Source: an uncultured Verrucomicrobiae bacterium (GTDB lineage Bacteria > Verrucomicrobiota > Verrucomicrobiia > Limisphaerales > JAFGQR01). Taken from it: DNA of 64,000 bases. Positions within the stretch are counted from its first letter, which is position 1, and each line of letters begins with the position of its first letter. Below the pieces are notes generated by a model, which did not search any database, was not told the DNA's origin, and worked only from the letters and a program-made list of their open reading frames with translations. Location: contig CAWBHS010000087.1 in the NCBI GenBank assembly GCA_963788655.1, forward strand, positions 96,001-160,000, read 5' to 3'. Below, piece after piece: positions 24,204-34,353 of the stretch. Position numbers and translations under genes: made by a program.

Positions 24204-25196
24204 TCACCGCCTGTTTTTATCAGTTTCCACTGCCAGTATCTCGTCCATGAAACGACCGGCGGCGGTGCCTTCGTAGTTCGCCTGCAATGAACGGACCGCT
24301 GCCTGGAACGGCTTTTTGTCCGGTCGCAGGATCTGCATTCCGGCGGCTTCGAGTTTGGCGAGCGTTTCCTTGGTTTTCTGCGCCCACAGCTCGCGCTGAA
24401 ATTTCTCGGACGCATCAGCCGCTTCTTGCAGCCATTGCCGGACCTGCGGAGTCAGCCGGTTCCAGGTCTCGGTGCCAATGAGAATCACGTCCGGCACGCG
24501 GGTGTGTTCATCGAGCGAATAGAACTTGCACACCTCGTAATGCCGCGACGTGAGCACGCTGGGCGGATTGTTCTCGGCTCCGTTCACGACGCCCTGATCG
24601 AGCGCCGTGTAGAGTTCGCCAAACGGGATCGGCGTGGCCGCGCCGCCCATCGCTTCGATCATGCGAATCGCGGTGCGACTGTTTTGGACGCGTATCTTCA
24701 GACCATGCAAGTCGGCCGGCGTGCGAATGGGGTGGTCCTTCGTGTAAAAGCTCCGGCTGCCGGCGTCGTAATAGCAGAGGCCCTTGAGCTTCTTGGGAAT
24801 GCCGAGGTCGAGCAACTCGCGGCCGATCGGCCCGTCCAACACCCGCCAGTATTGGTCCTCATCGCGGAACACGTACGGAATGCTGAACACCGCCATGCCC
24901 GGCACGAATCCTTCCAACGGTGAAGTGGAGGTCTTGACCATGTCTATCGCGCCCAGTTGCACCAGCTCGATCATGTCGCGCTCCGATCCGAGCAGGCTGT
25001 TGGGATAAATCTTCAACTCCACGCGACCGCCGGATTTCTTCGCCAGTTGATCCGCCATAAATTCCATGGCCTGATGCACCGGATGCGACGTGTCCAGCGA
25101 ATGGCCCAACCGCAAAACAAGATGTTCCGAACGCCGATGGCAGCCCGTTACCAGTATTACAGCCGCCAAAAGAAATCCAACGTGGGAAAATCTCAC
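24204..25196 (-). CDS. dctP: TRAP substrate-binding lipoprotein
   Basis: GTG start gives MRFSHVGFLLAAVILVTGC (lipobox); LGSERDMIE, GSRSFY, GLKIRVQ, ELYTALDQGVVNGAENN. Confidence 0.93.
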   Translation of the reverse strand: MRFSHVGFLLAAVILVTGCHRRSEHLVLRLGHSLDTSHPVHQAMEFMADQLAKKSGGRVELKIYPNSLLGSERDMIELVQLGAIDMVKTSTSPLEGFVPGMAVFSIPYVFRDEDQYWRVLDGPIGRELLDLGIPKKLKGLCYYDAGSRSFYTKDHPIRTPADLHGLKIRVQNSRTAIRMIEAMGGAATPIPFGELYTALDQGVVNGAENNPPSVLTSRHYEVCKFYSLDEHTRVPDVILIGTETWNRLTPQVRQWLQEAADASEKFQRELWAQKTKETLAKLEAAGMQILRPDKKPFQAAVRSLQANYEGTAAGRFMDEILAVETDKNRR

Positions 25197-25203
25197 CGCC
25201 GCG

Positions 25204-25273
25204 GTAGCCGCCGACGTAAGGAGGCGGAGCGCAAGCCGAGGCAACGGGTCCGCCTCCACCCGTCGGCGGCTAC
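25204..25273. repeat. Variant family C REP doublet immediately upstream of dctP
   Basis: GTAGCCGCCGACGTAAGGAGGCGGA...TCCGCCTCCACCCGTCGGCGGCTAC. Confidence 0.8.
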
Positions 25274-25406
25274 GGTCGGTCGGTGTTTCAAACGGGCAAC
25301 GCCCTGTCGCGAAAGCCCAGAGAATTCCCCAACCGGAAGGACCAAACAGCGTTCGAGATTCGGGCTTCGACATTCTTTCGGATTTGGGCCTTCAGATTTC
25401 GGATTT

Positions 25407-26783
25407 CTAAACCTCCCACCCCGGGCGATGCTCGCGATGCAAGGCGGCATTGGCTTGCTCGTGGTTGGTGATTCGGCAGGCCAGCGGATCGAACACGAGC
25501 GGTTCCGGAAACTGCGTGGCCACGTTGCCCAACAAACACAGCTCGGCCAGCGGTCCGGCATAGTTGAAATTGGACATGGCCGGCGGCCCACCTTTGCAGG
25601 CAAGGGTCCATTCCTTCTCGTGCCCCGGTGAACGCGGCAAAGTCCGCGGCGGCCCCTCGAAATCCTTGAATTGATCTTCTGGTAACAGCGTGAACGTCGT
25701 GTTGTGCGCATTGGCGTACAACCTAGCTTTGGTGCCGACGATCAACACGCCCGCCCAATCCGCCCATTTCTTCTCGCCGGTGTCACCCCAGTCGAGCTTG
25801 CGCCCCAATCGCTCCTCGACCTCGGGACGCCAATTGCCCCCACCGCCATTGTACCAACCTACGGTCACGGGTGGCTGAGCCCCGCGCGCCGGAAACTCGT
25901 AGCGCACGACTTCCCATTTGGGGACGGAATCCGTGTCCACTTCCGACACTTCAGCCTTTACCCGCACGAATGTTTTTTGATCCGATGCGACGGAGGCATC
26001 GCTCGGCCACAGCGTGTTCAACCGCAAGGCTCGGAACGGCAGGTTGAGAATGTGCGGGGCCCAGTTGCCCAAGTTGCCGGTGCCGAATTCGCGCCAGGGA
26101 TGCCAGTTCAACCAGTCGCGGTGATAAGGCCGCTGCGAGCGCGGACCGAGCCACAAGTCCCACTTTAGAAAATCAGGAATCGGTTGAGTGCCGCTGGGAC
26201 GCGGACGATGCCCTGGCCCGCCCTGGTCCGTCCAGCCAAGCACTTCACGTATGTCGCCCAGCACCCCTGCCTGGATCAGTTCAACGGCTCGACGATAGGC
26301 CTCGCTGGCCGTGCCCTGGTTGCCCATTTGCGTGGCCACCTTGCTCTCGCGGGCGACGGCTCGCATCCGACGCGATTCGTTGACGGTGTTCGTGAGCGGT
26401 TTCTCGCAATAGACATGCTTCCCGGCTTGCATGGCGCGGATCGACGCGGGCGCATGAATGTGATCGGGCGCGGCCACCACGATGGCGTCCAGTTCTTTGT
26501 CCATTTCATCCAGCATTTTGCGGTAATCGTGATACCGCGGGATCTGGGGGAACCGCTCGTAGGCGGACGGATTCTTCACCTCATTGACGTCGCAAAACAC
26601 CGCCAGGTTTTCGCCGGTGTTGGGGATCGCGCTGACGAACCAATTGCCGCGGCCCCCGATCCCCACCAAGCCAATGTTAAGTTTCTCATTGGCCTGCGCG
26701 CTCCACACCGACGCACTGTTGCGCAAAATCAGCACGCCCGCGCCAGCCAAAGCCGAGCGCCGCAGGAAGGCGCGCCGGTTCAT
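25407..26783 (-). CDS. Gfo/Idh/MocA oxidoreductase with Tat signal
   Basis: MNRRAFL, GLVGIGGRG, APDHIHA, HVYCEKPL, TQMGNQG, WDLWLGP. Confidence 0.93.
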   Translation of the reverse strand: MNRRAFLRRSALAGAGVLILRNSASVWSAQANEKLNIGLVGIGGRGNWFVSAIPNTGENLAVFCDVNEVKNPSAYERFPQIPRYHDYRKMLDEMDKELDAIVVAAPDHIHAPASIRAMQAGKHVYCEKPLTNTVNESRRMRAVARESKVATQMGNQGTASEAYRRAVELIQAGVLGDIREVLGWTDQGGPGHRPRPSGTQPIPDFLKWDLWLGPRSQRPYHRDWLNWHPWREFGTGNLGNWAPHILNLPFRALRLNTLWPSDASVASDQKTFVRVKAEVSEVDTDSVPKWEVVRYEFPARGAQPPVTVGWYNGGGGNWRPEVEERLGRKLDWGDTGEKKWADWAGVLIVGTKARLYANAHNTTFTLLPEDQFKDFEGPPRTLPRSPGHEKEWTLACKGGPPAMSNFNYAGPLAELCLLGNVATQFPEPLVFDPLACRITNHEQANAALHREHRPGWEV

Positions 26784-26949
26784 AGTGGACGCGTTGAACT
26801 TGGGGGATGGAACGAATGATCGAAGCCCGGAGGAGCCACCGGAGGATGATAGGGAGCCGTTCATGAGATACATGCTTCATGAACTCGGAGGCGGATGTCA
26901 ATCGGGTTCTCACCTTGCCAGAGAACCCCGCCAAAGTTAACCTGCCGCC

Positions 26950-27183
26950 ATGAGCAAAGCAGACATTCTTGCCGAGTTACCGAAACTGGAGCCGGGAGAA
27001 CGCCGGGAAATCCTGGACCGGATTTGGGAACTGGAGGAGCAGGATTTGTTGCACGGCGGTGAACCCACTCCGGAAGAGAAGGCGATGCTTGAGCGAGAAT
27101 TGGAGGATTACCGGCTGAATCCGGACGCCGGCTCACCCTGGGAAGAAGTCGAATCCCGAGCCCGCAAATCATCCTCGCCGTGA
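26950..27183 (+). CDS. Addiction-module antitoxin (TIGR02574-like)
   Basis: ILAELPKLEPGERREILDRIWEL..TPEEKAMLERELEDYRLNPDAGSPWEEV. Confidence 0.85.
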   Translation: MSKADILAELPKLEPGERREILDRIWELEEQDLLHGGEPTPEEKAMLERELEDYRLNPDAGSPWEEVESRARKSSSP

Positions 27184-27233
27184 GCTTCCCGGTCCTCATC
27201 CGACCGCGGGCCGAGGCGGATCTGCATGCTGAA
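27180..27233 (+). pseudogene. Truncated RelE/ParE toxin start
   Basis: GTGA overlap with antitoxin; MSFPVLIRPRAEADLH is ParE-like but similarity ends after about 17 codons. Confidence 0.65.
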
Positions 27234-27440
27234 CCAATCACTTTCGTATTCCCACCTCCACACAAGGCGTCACAAAAAACCTTGAACCCCCGGAGGTTCG
27301 CCTTACCCTCGGCGCATGTTCCATACGAACAACGGTCAGCGGATCCTTTTGCTTTACCGCAAGGATTCCGGGACCGCTGTTGCCGCAATTTCTGCAATCT
27401 GTTTTGAATCGTTCCAACCGTTTCCTTCGTCAATCCAACT

Positions 27441-28739
27441 ATGAATACTCAGTTTCCCACCAATCGTCGTGAGTTTCTCAAGCGCACCGCGCTCGCCGGT
27501 GCGGCCCTGGCGCTGCCTACCGTGGTGCCGTCCAGCGTCTTCGGCCAGAATGCACCCAGCAACCGGATCAACATGGGCCTGATCGGCATGGGCTTGATGA
27601 TGGGCGGACATCGTGGGCACATGACTGGTCGCCGGGATGTGCAGGTGCTGGCCGTTTGCGATGTCAACCGGGGCAAACGCGAAGCAGCCAAAGCCTTCGT
27701 CGAGCGCGCCTATGCCCGGCAACGCGCCAGCGGCACCTACACCGGCTGCGATGCCTACAACGAATTCGAACGCATCATCGAGCGTAAAGACATTGATGCC
27801 GTGATGGTCATTACCCCCGATCATTGGCACTCCCCCATTTCCGTTATGGCCATGCGCAGCGGTAAGGATGTTTACGTGCAAAAACCAATGACACTGGTCA
27901 TCAAGGAAGGCCGCATCATGAGCGACGTGTCCAAGCAATACGGCGCGATTCTCCAAGTGGGTTCGCAGCAACGGTCGGAGCGTGCTTTCCGCAAGGCTTG
28001 CGAAATCGTGCGCAACGGTTGGATTGGCAAAGTCCACACGATCTACGCCCAACTCGGCCGGTTCGCCCCGCCGGCCACGCTGCCCGAACAGCCGATTCCC
28101 GACGGGTTCGATTATGACCGCTGGCTGGGGCCCACGCCCTGGTACGCCTACAACGAAGAGCGCGTGAAAGGCAACTACGGCGGCGGCTGGCGCCGTTTCT
28201 TTGACTACGGTTCCCGGAAAAACGGCGACTGGGGAGCGCACCATTTCGACATCATCCAATGGGCGCTCGGCATGGACGACTCCGGGCCGGTCGAGTTCTA
28301 TCCTAAGGGTTACGATGGCCACGAATATCAGACGCACGTTTATGCGAACGGCGCCCAGGTGTTGCGGGACCATCCGACCAAGCACGGCCAAATGATCCAG
28401 TTCATCGGCGACAAGGGCGAAGTGCTCGTCAGCCGTGGCGGACGCTTGGAAACGACGCCGGAAGACCTGAAGGACCGTCCCTTGGCTCCAGGCGAAACAC
28501 ACCTCTACGTTTCGAACCAGCACGAGGACAATTGGCTTGAGTGCGTCAAGACCCGCAAGACGAACATTTGCACCGCCGAGATCGGCCATCGCACGGCCAC
28601 CATCTGTCACCTCAACGGCATTGCCGAACGACTCCAACGCCCCATCAAGTGGGATCCGGTGAAGGAAGAAATCATCGGCGATCCTGAAGCCAGCCGCTGG
28701 ATGGACCGCCCACGGCGCGCCCCGTACACTTACATTTAA
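27441..28739 (+). CDS. Gfo/Idh/MocA oxidoreductase with Tat signal
   Basis: TNRREFLK, GLIGMG, TPDHWH, DVYVQKPM, QVGSQQRS, DWGAHHFD. Confidence 0.93.
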   Translation: MNTQFPTNRREFLKRTALAGAALALPTVVPSSVFGQNAPSNRINMGLIGMGLMMGGHRGHMTGRRDVQVLAVCDVNRGKREAAKAFVERAYARQRASGTYTGCDAYNEFERIIERKDIDAVMVITPDHWHSPISVMAMRSGKDVYVQKPMTLVIKEGRIMSDVSKQYGAILQVGSQQRSERAFRKACEIVRNGWIGKVHTIYAQLGRFAPPATLPEQPIPDGFDYDRWLGPTPWYAYNEERVKGNYGGGWRRFFDYGSRKNGDWGAHHFDIIQWALGMDDSGPVEFYPKGYDGHEYQTHVYANGAQVLRDHPTKHGQMIQFIGDKGEVLVSRGGRLETTPEDLKDRPLAPGETHLYVSNQHEDNWLECVKTRKTNICTAEIGHRTATICHLNGIAERLQRPIKWDPVKEEIIGDPEASRWMDRPRRAPYTYI

Positions 28740-28762
28740 CCGGCAACAGAGACTTTTCCCCA

Positions 28763-30817
28763 ATGATGAACTCAAACCGAATTTGCTCGCTCATGAAACC
28801 CTTGCTCTCCCTTCTCGTTCTGACTGGTCTGGCTTTGGCCAGTCACGCCGCCGACTTCGAACAGGCGGTCAACGATCTCATTCCCAAGCTCGCGAACGCG
28901 GACGTGCCCAAACGTTACAACGCCCAGATGCAACTCCAGGAATTAGCCTCCGATTCTTCCAAGCCGGGCAATGACGCCGATCGTACCGCGCTGGGAAAGG
29001 TTCTTGCCGCCAAAGTGGCGGATGAATCCGTCCCGCAACCCGCTCGCGTGTGGATGGTGCGCCAACTTGAATATATGGGTCGCGAAGAAGCCGTCGAGGC
29101 GCTCACGCAATTGCTCAAAAGCGAGGATGGCGAATTGCGCGAGTGTGCCCGGCGTGCGCTCGAAAAGAATCCGGCCCCGGCGGCCGTGGCAAATCTATGG
29201 GCCGCCTTTGAAAAGGCTGCGAAAGACCAATCGCCGGAGGGCGCTCGTTGGAAGATCGGTCTGATGCACTCGCTGGCGCAGCGCGGTGACACTTCGGCCG
29301 TGCGGCTGATCATCCCGTGCCTGCAAGTAGAAGCCACCGCCAGCGCCGCGGCCGTGGCGCTCGGCCAGATTGCCAACGACAGCGCCGTGGAGGCCTTGTG
29401 GTCGGCGTTCCCTGACAACCGTTTTGCCGGTGAGTCCCTGATCAATGCCGCCAATCTGCGGCTGGCGAATGGCGACCAAGACGCCGCCAAAGCCATTTAT
29501 GCGAAGCTCGATACCACGAACAATCCGGTTGCACTCCGAGCCGCGGCCTTGTTTGGTCTGATCAAGAGCGATCCCGCCAACGCCGAGGCAGTGATTACCG
29601 AGGGCCTCACCAGTTCTGAACCCAAGCTGCAACAGGCAGTCGTCAGCGCCGCCGGAATCCCCATGCGGGCGGAGGCCGCGCCGATCCTGGCACGGTTGTT
29701 GCCCAAGATTTCGCCGGATGCCAAACTCCAAGTGTTGCCCGTTCTCGGTGCGTCGGCGGAGCCGGCCGTCATCGATGCGGCGGCGGACTCCGATCCAGCC
29801 GTGCGCGCCGCCGCTTTGGAAGCCTTGGGGCGCCTGGGCGGGGCCGCCAGCATTCCCGTTTTGCTCAAGGCCGCCAGCAGCGAGGACCGAGCGGAACAGA
29901 ATGCGGCCAATACCGCCCTGGGATGCATCTCCGGCTCGGACGTTGGAAACGCCATTATTGAAGCGGCCGCCCAAGGCGATTCGAAGGTGCGCGTGGTCGC
30001 CATTGATGCCCTCACGGCGCGCCACGTGGTATCGGCGCTTCCATCCCTGCTCAAATACGCTACCGAAACCGATGCCACCGTGCGCAAAGCAGCCTTGAAA
30101 GGGCTCGGCCGCCTGGGTGGGGACCAGGAAATCGAACCGCTGGGCAAACTCGTGCTGGCCACCAAAGACGCGGACACCGTGGCCGCGCTGGAAGCCGTGG
30201 CCGAACGCGTCACGGACAAACCGGCCGCCGCCCAAAAACTGCTGGTCTTGGCTGGCAACAACGAAGCCGCCAAAGCCACCCTCGTCAAAGCACTCGCCAC
30301 GCTGGGCGGTGCGGACGCAGTGGCAACCGTGTCGCAGTTGATGGCCAGCACTGATGCGCAAACGCAGGAAGCCGCCGTGCGGGCGCTCGTAGATTCCACC
30401 GACTTCGCGGCGACCAAACCGTTGCTGGCGGTGGCCGCCAATCCGCAAACCGGCACCACGCAATACATCCTCTCGCTCGCCGCCGTGGTGCGCTTGGTCA
30501 AGACCTCGGAAACTCAACCCGCCGCGGATCGGGCCGCCACTGCGGTTGCCGCGATGAAGGCCGCCCGGCGCGACCAGGACAAGAAGATGGTGCTGTCGGC
30601 TTTTGGCACCATTCCGCACGCGGATGCGGCGGCGGCCGTAAAAGTCTGGCTGGCCAATCCGGCCTTGAAAGCCGAAGCCGCCCAAGCGGGCATAAGCCTG
30701 GCGGAACTGCTCGTCAAAACCAACCCGACCGTCGCCAAGGATCTGGCGCAAGCAATCAAGACCGCCAACGTGTCGCGAAACCTCACCAGCCGAGCGAACA
30801 AGATTATCGCCAATTAG
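28763..30817 (+). CDS. Secreted HEAT-repeat protein (start may be 28793)
   Basis: Signal peptide MKPLLSLLVLTGLALASHA; repeats such as VRAAALEALGRLG and VRKAALKGLGRLG. Confidence 0.85.
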   Translation: MMNSNRICSLMKPLLSLLVLTGLALASHAADFEQAVNDLIPKLANADVPKRYNAQMQLQELASDSSKPGNDADRTALGKVLAAKVADESVPQPARVWMVRQLEYMGREEAVEALTQLLKSEDGELRECARRALEKNPAPAAVANLWAAFEKAAKDQSPEGARWKIGLMHSLAQRGDTSAVRLIIPCLQVEATASAAAVALGQIANDSAVEALWSAFPDNRFAGESLINAANLRLANGDQDAAKAIYAKLDTTNNPVALRAAALFGLIKSDPANAEAVITEGLTSSEPKLQQAVVSAAGIPMRAEAAPILARLLPKISPDAKLQVLPVLGASAEPAVIDAAADSDPAVRAAALEALGRLGGAASIPVLLKAASSEDRAEQNAANTALGCISGSDVGNAIIEAAAQGDSKVRVVAIDALTARHVVSALPSLLKYATETDATVRKAALKGLGRLGGDQEIEPLGKLVLATKDADTVAALEAVAERVTDKPAAAQKLLVLAGNNEAAKATLVKALATLGGADAVATVSQLMASTDAQTQEAAVRALVDSTDFAATKPLLAVAANPQTGTTQYILSLAAVVRLVKTSETQPAADRAATAVAAMKAARRDQDKKMVLSAFGTIPHADAAAAVKVWLANPALKAEAAQAGISLAELLVKTNPTVAKDLAQAIKTANVSRNLTSRANKIIAN

Positions 30818-30836
30818 GCGCATGGATGCAGTGACT

Positions 30837-30866
30837 GTGGCCGCGTTCGTGAGAACGCGGCTGACT
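30837..30866. repeat. Family F palindrome, single copy
   Basis: GTGGCCGCGTTCGTGAGAACGCGGCTGACT; related to 33202-33353. Confidence 0.7.
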
Positions 30867-31018
30867 TTGAAGGAAACCGCGCCGTCATGAGGCGGGATTG
30901 CCGCCCGGTCACAAACCCCAATCCGTCCATTTACCCGGAAACTGCCCGTCCCTGCGAAACCGATGTAGGCCGAGGCTAAACGCTTGCCTGCCGTGGGCGG
31001 CCCCTTACACTTCGCCGG

Positions 31019-33052
31019 GTGTTGAATCTCCATTCGCTCAATCCGCAGCAGCGTCAGGCCGTTGAAACCATCAACGGTCCCGTGTTGATTCTGGCCGGCG
31101 CCGGCACCGGGAAAACCCGCGTGATCACGTATCGGATTGCCAACATGATTCAACACGGCATCGCCCCGGGCCATATCCTGGCGGTGACATTTACCAACAA
31201 GGCTGCCCGGGAAATGAAAGCGCGCGTCGCCAAACTGGTTCCGCGACGCAAAACGGCCAAAGCGGAAAAGCCGGCGGAGGCCCCGACCATCTCCACGTTT
31301 CACTCCCTCGGCGCGCGCATCCTGCGGCAGCACATTGAACTGCTGGGTTACAAGAAGAACTTCACGATCTACAACGAGTCCGAACAACTGGGCGCCATCA
31401 AAAAAATCCTGAGCCACCTTTCGGCCAAAGGGGAGAAAACCGATCCCAAGGTTGTGCTCAATTTCCTCAGCCGCTACAAGAACGGGTCCATCAATGCGGG
31501 CAACCTTTCCCACGAGAGCGGCGCCGCCCTGGCCCAGCACATCCGCTCGCGCTACGAAAGCGCCTTGCACGCCTGCAACGCCGTCGATTTTGACGACCTG
31601 CTGTTGCTGACCCTCAAGCTGTTCGAGGAACATCCCAAGGTCCTGGACGCCTGCCGGAACCGGTTCCGCTACGTCATGGTGGACGAGTACCAGGACACCA
31701 ACGGCGTGCAGTTTCAGATGGTGCAACGCCTCACCGAACAACATCGCAACTTGTGCGTGGTGGGCGACGATGACCAGAGCATTTACGGTTGGCGCGGGGC
31801 GGAGATCGCCAATCTCCTCGACTTGGACAAGCACTTCCGTGAGGTCCGCATTATCAAGCTCGAACAAAACTACCGCTCGACCAACTCGATTCTCAACGCC
31901 GCCAACGCGGTCATTCGGAACAACACCCGCCGCCGGGGCAAGCAGCTTTGGTCCCAACAAGGCGAAGGCTCGAAAATTCGGCTGTATGGTTTCGAAACCG
32001 ACGACGAAGAAGCCCGCACGGTCATCGAAGAAATTGAATTCGCCCGCGTGACGCGTCGCACTCCTTGGGGCGACCAGGCCATCCTGTTTCGCACCAACCA
32101 ACAGTCGCGCGCGCTGGAAATGGCCCTGCGTGCGGCCAACATGCGTTACCATCTGATTGGTGGCCAGAGCTACTTTGACCGTCGCGAAGTGCGCGATTTC
32201 CTCGCTTATTTGAAAGTCTTTCTCAATCCCCATGACGATGTGAGCCTGTTGCGCATTGCGAATGTGCCGGCCCGGGGGTTGAGCGAGGCGACCATGGAGC
32301 GATTGCTGGCGGCCAGTCAGGAACGCCATTGTTCGGTCTATGCTGCGATGCGGCACACGGACGTTCAGGGCCAGTTCTTGACCCGGTCCCGGGAGGCCAT
32401 CCGCGACTTCCTCGAGTTTTTGGAACGGACGCGCGGGCAATTGACCTCCTCGACCGAAATGCAGCTCCCGGTGTGGGCGGAGCGGTTTCTCGCTGAGATC
32501 GGTTATTTGGATGACTTGCGTCGTTCCGAAAAGAACGTTGAAACCGCCGAAAACCGGGTGCGCAATCTCAAGGAATTGATTGCCACATTGGAGAAGGCCG
32601 CGGCGAATCCCGCGGCTCCGGCCCATGAACGGTTGGAGGCGTTCCTGGAAGACATCACGCTCGATTCCGAACGCGAGGAAGAGAAGGAAACCCAGGGGGA
32701 CGCGGTGACGCTGATCACCATGCACAGTTGCAAGGGACTGGAATTTCCCCACGTGTACGTGGTGGGATTGGAGGACGGCTTGTTGCCGCACACCCGCTCC
32801 AAAGAAGAAGGCACCATCGACGAAGAACGCCGCTTGTTCTACGTGGCCATCACGCGGGCGATGAAAACGCTGACTTTGAGTTATTGCCTGAGCCGCAAAA
32901 AATATGGTCAGTCCATGCCGTGTCATCCGTCGCCGTTCCTGAAAGAACTACCTCCCGAGCTGGTCGAGCAGGCCGACGAGAAAGCCAAACAACCCGTCGC
33001 GGTGAACACCGGCAAAGACCTGTTCGCCGCGATGCGGGAATCCCTGGGTTAA
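31019..33052 (+). CDS. UvrD/Rep/PcrA family SF1 DNA helicase
   Basis: LNPQQRQAV, AGAGTGKT, TFTNKAAREM, VDEYQDTN, VGDDDQSIYGWRGA, LEQNYRS, TMHSCKGLEF, EERRLFYVAITRA. Confidence 0.96.
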   Translation: MLNLHSLNPQQRQAVETINGPVLILAGAGTGKTRVITYRIANMIQHGIAPGHILAVTFTNKAAREMKARVAKLVPRRKTAKAEKPAEAPTISTFHSLGARILRQHIELLGYKKNFTIYNESEQLGAIKKILSHLSAKGEKTDPKVVLNFLSRYKNGSINAGNLSHESGAALAQHIRSRYESALHACNAVDFDDLLLLTLKLFEEHPKVLDACRNRFRYVMVDEYQDTNGVQFQMVQRLTEQHRNLCVVGDDDQSIYGWRGAEIANLLDLDKHFREVRIIKLEQNYRSTNSILNAANAVIRNNTRRRGKQLWSQQGEGSKIRLYGFETDDEEARTVIEEIEFARVTRRTPWGDQAILFRTNQQSRALEMALRAANMRYHLIGGQSYFDRREVRDFLAYLKVFLNPHDDVSLLRIANVPARGLSEATMERLLAASQERHCSVYAAMRHTDVQGQFLTRSREAIRDFLEFLERTRGQLTSSTEMQLPVWAERFLAEIGYLDDLRRSEKNVETAENRVRNLKELIATLEKAAANPAAPAHERLEAFLEDITLDSEREEEKETQGDAVTLITMHSCKGLEFPHVYVVGLEDGLLPHTRSKEEGTIDEERRLFYVAITRAMKTLTLSYCLSRKKYGQSMPCHPSPFLKELPPELVEQADEKAKQPVAVNTGKDLFAAMRESLG

Positions 33053-33180
33053 GAGCCTGTTTAAAACTCCAGCCGATCCGTAGCAGCCGACGTGAGGCTC
33101 ATTTTTCCTCGGAAAGCCGTGATGCGTCCGACATGAATGAGCCTCCTTACGTCGGCTGCTACCATTTCTCAAACAGGCTC
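33053..33180. repeat. Family C nested inverted-repeat element, directly after the helicase stop codon
   Basis: GAGCCTGTTT...GTAGCAGCCGACGTGAGGCTC...GAGCCTCCTTACGTCGGCTGCTAC...AAACAGGCTC. Confidence 0.9.
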
Positions 33181-33201
33181 CAAGGTGCGGCTGTACTGAC
33201 T

Positions 33202-33353
33202 GTGGCTGCGTTCGTGCGCACGCGGCTGACTTCAAAAGGAATCACGGCACCAACGGCAGCAGCCCATTGGTCACCGGAAAGGGACCAGCTTGCCTTCACC
33301 TTGAGCAGACGTTCCACCGCGTCAGTCAGCCGCGTTCTCACGAACGCAGCCAC
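33202..33353. repeat. Family F REPIN-like inverted pair
   Basis: GTGGCTGCGTTCGTGCGCACGCGGCTGACT ... AGTCAGCCGCGTTCTCACGAACGCAGCCAC. Confidence 0.8.
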
Positions 33354-33474
33354 TCCCACTGAAGCGTTCCGGCCCAGCGCCGCTTTGCGTATCGGTTGTA
33401 GGAGATATTCGTAATACTGCCGCAAGTTTGCTCCCAATACCTTTCCGTCCGCCGATGAGCGAAGCTGTCCAGGA

Positions 33475-34071
33475 ATGACAAATGACCTGCTCCGCAATAA
33501 TTCAACCGACGCCGATGAGCGCGCCACCGCAGATGATGACGGCCAAGAGCTTTTGAATTGCTTTATTCTCAGCGACGATGCCGCCAGCGCCGTGAGTGCC
33601 GAGTCACTGCTGGGTCGGGTTTCGGGAGCTACTCCGTGTCGGCTGCAACACTGCGGCTTCGGTGAACTCAATTCTACGGCGCGCTTGCACGCAACGGCGG
33701 TTGCGGCGGGGCGGGCGGAGATTCTCATCGTGGCGGTGCGGGAAAATGAAAAACTGCCGCTCGCCGTTTGCGAGTGGTTGTATCGCTGGCTGGCCCAGCG
33801 CGACAAGCAACACGACGGCGCCCTGGTGGCGATGGTCACCAGTGAGAGCGCCGGGGCGTACATCGATCCGGAGTTGACCTTCTTCCTCGAGTCCTTGGCG
33901 TCAATCGGCGGCCTGGCGTTTTTTGCCGGTCGCGTCCGAGAGCCGAGCCAGGCTCAAGTTCTCCCGGTGGGCGATGAAGCGGCGACCGGGCCAATCCATT
34001 CCGTGGAGGTGCGTTCGGGCCAGGAATTCAACACTGGGCTGCCGGTTCACGCGCCCTTTTGTCAACCATAA
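33475..34071 (+). CDS. Hypothetical protein
   Basis: 198-aa ORF with plausible alpha/beta pattern (AEILIVAV, LPLAVCEWLYRWL, GALVAMV). Confidence 0.6.
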   Translation: MTNDLLRNNSTDADERATADDDGQELLNCFILSDDAASAVSAESLLGRVSGATPCRLQHCGFGELNSTARLHATAVAAGRAEILIVAVRENEKLPLAVCEWLYRWLAQRDKQHDGALVAMVTSESAGAYIDPELTFFLESLASIGGLAFFAGRVREPSQAQVLPVGDEAATGPIHSVEVRSGQEFNTGLPVHAPFCQP

Positions 34072-34103
34072 GCCCTGAATTCTACTGACACCATTCGCGC
34101 CAC

Positions 34104-34286
34104 ATGCTTGATCTGAATCCTTCGAAGAATGACAACTTTCTATGGGCGTTCACCACGATGAACGTTTTTATCGCGGGCTTCGTCCTGGTCGCTATCGGAG
34201 TGGTCGGAAATTCGATTGGACTGACAATCAGCGGATTTGTTACGTTGTTCGCCGGCTTTCTCCTCTATGAGCTGCCCGGGCGTTGA
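34104..34286 (+). CDS. Small two-TM membrane protein
   Basis: 60 aa, two hydrophobic stretches. Confidence 0.5.
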   Translation: MLDLNPSKNDNFLWAFTTMNVFIAGFVLVAIGVVGNSIGLTISGFVTLFAGFLLYELPGR

Positions 34287-34353
34287 CGTGGAATCACCTT
34301 GATTTCTCGAGGAATACCACGCTCGATGAGGCCCGACAGCAGACGGAAGATTT

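Noticed and set aside
25197..25373. N-terminal extension of DctP
   Set aside because: Derived from a family C REP doublet; GTG at 25196 gives a normal lipoprotein signal
29195..32926. 1243-aa minus-strand ORF, and similar long ORFs such as 27354-28775, 54196-55656 and 61597-62973
   Set aside because: Antisense shadows of well-supported genes in high-GC DNA, with no recognisable motifs
31019..33052. UvrD helicase as part of a defence system
   Set aside because: Standard PcrA/Rep-like length and motifs with no adjacent nuclease or ATPase partner
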